A DNA stretch of 64,000 nucleotides, taken from Tubulanus polymorphus (taxonomy: Eukaryota > Animalia > Nemertea). The stretch covers positions 5,922,485-5,986,484 of the forward strand of contig NC_134027.1 in NCBI RefSeq assembly GCF_964204645.1. Reading direction: 5' to 3'. Of this stretch, positions 62,291 to 64,000 are shown one piece after another. The notes beneath the pieces are model-generated. The model saw only the letters and a list, made by a program, of their open reading frames with translations, did not search any database and was not told the DNA's origin. Position numbers and translations under genes: made by a program. Every line of letters begins with the position of its first letter. Within the stretch, counting starts at the first letter, position 1.

Positions 62291-64000
62291 GTAAATATCA
62301 TTGCAGGCTCGTTTTCCGTTTTCATTAATCATGAGGGAAGGAGTCAAAAGAACTTCAATTACGATTTAGAAAGCCATTTATCAATAGGTTGTTATTCATT
62401 TGTATTAAACTGGTATCTTATTATCTATTCTAGTGGTCCATTTAGATAATGATGAGGGTATTTTCATGGGAATGTATTTAATTTAGATTTGTGTCTATCT
62501 AGATTTCCATTTTATTCGCGTATGAAAATCTTAATTTATAACGAAGTGAACATTTTTGATCGCTAATGTAATTAAATAGTTCATTTATGAAAGAAAACTC
62601 CTTCCCTCAAACATTGTACTCAATTCACTATTTCCGGTATTGTATAGTTGACTGCAAGCACTGGGGGTTGATTCATACCAAGCAATCGTTCGAGCTACAT
62701 ATATTGTGGATGACACGCCAGTCTGCCCTTGTCCCCTCCCGACGCCTGTTTAGTAGTGTCCGCCTGATCTTTCGTCAGCCGTCTCGCCGATGCCATCATC
62801 AATCCGATGATCGCAGTAGATGTACAACGCTCGTACTTCACTGCGCATGTTTTGAAGTCACGACGAGGACTATTTGAGAGAATGCATCATTGCCAGTCGT
62901 ACGAACTATTTTCATCAAGAAAGTTGCCGTTGGTTGATTTATTGCGTTAGACCAGAACAGAAGATATTGTCGCTGATCAACCGAAGTTGTGAACTTAAAA
63001 GATCTGGAAAATGTTGGATACGTGTCTTGTTAACTGTTTGCGAATTCAGTTGGTTTTCTGATTGTGTTATAAGTGACTTGTTAAGCAAGGACAGTAAGCT
63101 GCCTCAGAATAAATTGCGCATCGTTAACTTACAACGTCATACTGTGGTTCAGGATTCAGATGATACATCCATCGCGCATCAATAAGAACTGTGAATTGCG
63201 TCGATCTGTTTTGTGACTAGTTTATAAGTGAATCGTCTGGGAAAAAACTTAATTGTTATGCCAGTTATTTTGTTCATTTGACTTCAGTGGTGTCGATATC
63301 GTTTCGTATCCGTAAGTTGTTTTAAATGACCGAGAAGCAGATATTTGAGAACTCGTTTAGTGAAGTTATAAAGACAATGTTAATCAATACACTTCATCAA
63401 GATGCAGAATATCGTGCTAAAACCTCAATACTGTACGAGAGAAGCCATTTTGCGTATGTGGATATTTTCTAGCGTTTGATTCCTGCGTTAATGAATGTAA
63501 AGAACTCTGTTGTTTATGCAATGAGGATCGATTAATCGCTATTGGACATGAGAAAGTGCGAAGTATTCTGAAATGAACAGTTTTCGTAGATTGGATTTCG
63601 AATTCCCGCATTTCGTCACGTTTGTTTATGACATTTTAATTGGGCGTTGATGGTGTTATTGCGCGCTAATGCATATAAAAGGACCAACTCGCTATTAATT
63701 GACACTGATGTATGTACTCCGTTCGGTGAATTGTTAAGCTTTTCCGACCAATTCTGAAATGTTGGTTTGTCTGTACAAGAGAGTGATAATCATTGTGGAA
63801 ATGAAAGAAGACGACAACCGTTCGTTATCCCAGGCAATTGTGTTTCGGTCCCCTTGCCCTTTCACTGACGACTACCACTTGCATTGTCTATTAGGAGATG
63901 AAGTTACTCTATCGAGAGTATGGTGGCTTGAACGGAACGCACACGCAACAGCATCTGAAGAAAAGTAGCTTGAAAATGAATTACTAATCTCAATGATTCA

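Overview
AT-rich, intron-containing animal genomic DNA (probably a bilaterian invertebrate; this is inference). The first ~16 kb has no long ORF and probably holds the 5' exons and introns of a minus-strand gene that runs off the left edge. Then, in order: an intronless EFCAB12-like EF-hand gene (+); an 11-exon mitochondrial aspartate aminotransferase GOT2 (-); a large RRM-MYND-multi-Tudor gene of the TDRD1/Vreteno type (+) with five recently duplicated in-frame Tudor exons; a dystroglycan-like gene (+) with an intronless GT32/DXD glycosyltransferase nested in its first coding intron; a divergent intronless type II pantothenate kinase-like gene (+); and the 5' part of an Acinus-like SAP gene (+). 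Non-coding DNA contains four fold-back insertions resembling Penelope-like retroelement ends: three carry minimal hammerhead ribozymes (one with a U3-A8 core covariation) and three are flanked by target-site duplications. It also contains several MITEs and a Helentron/DINE-like element with CTCF- and YY1-like motifs nested inside an older MITE. Exon coordinates were read by eye from GT/AG signals and reading frame; no database search was run.
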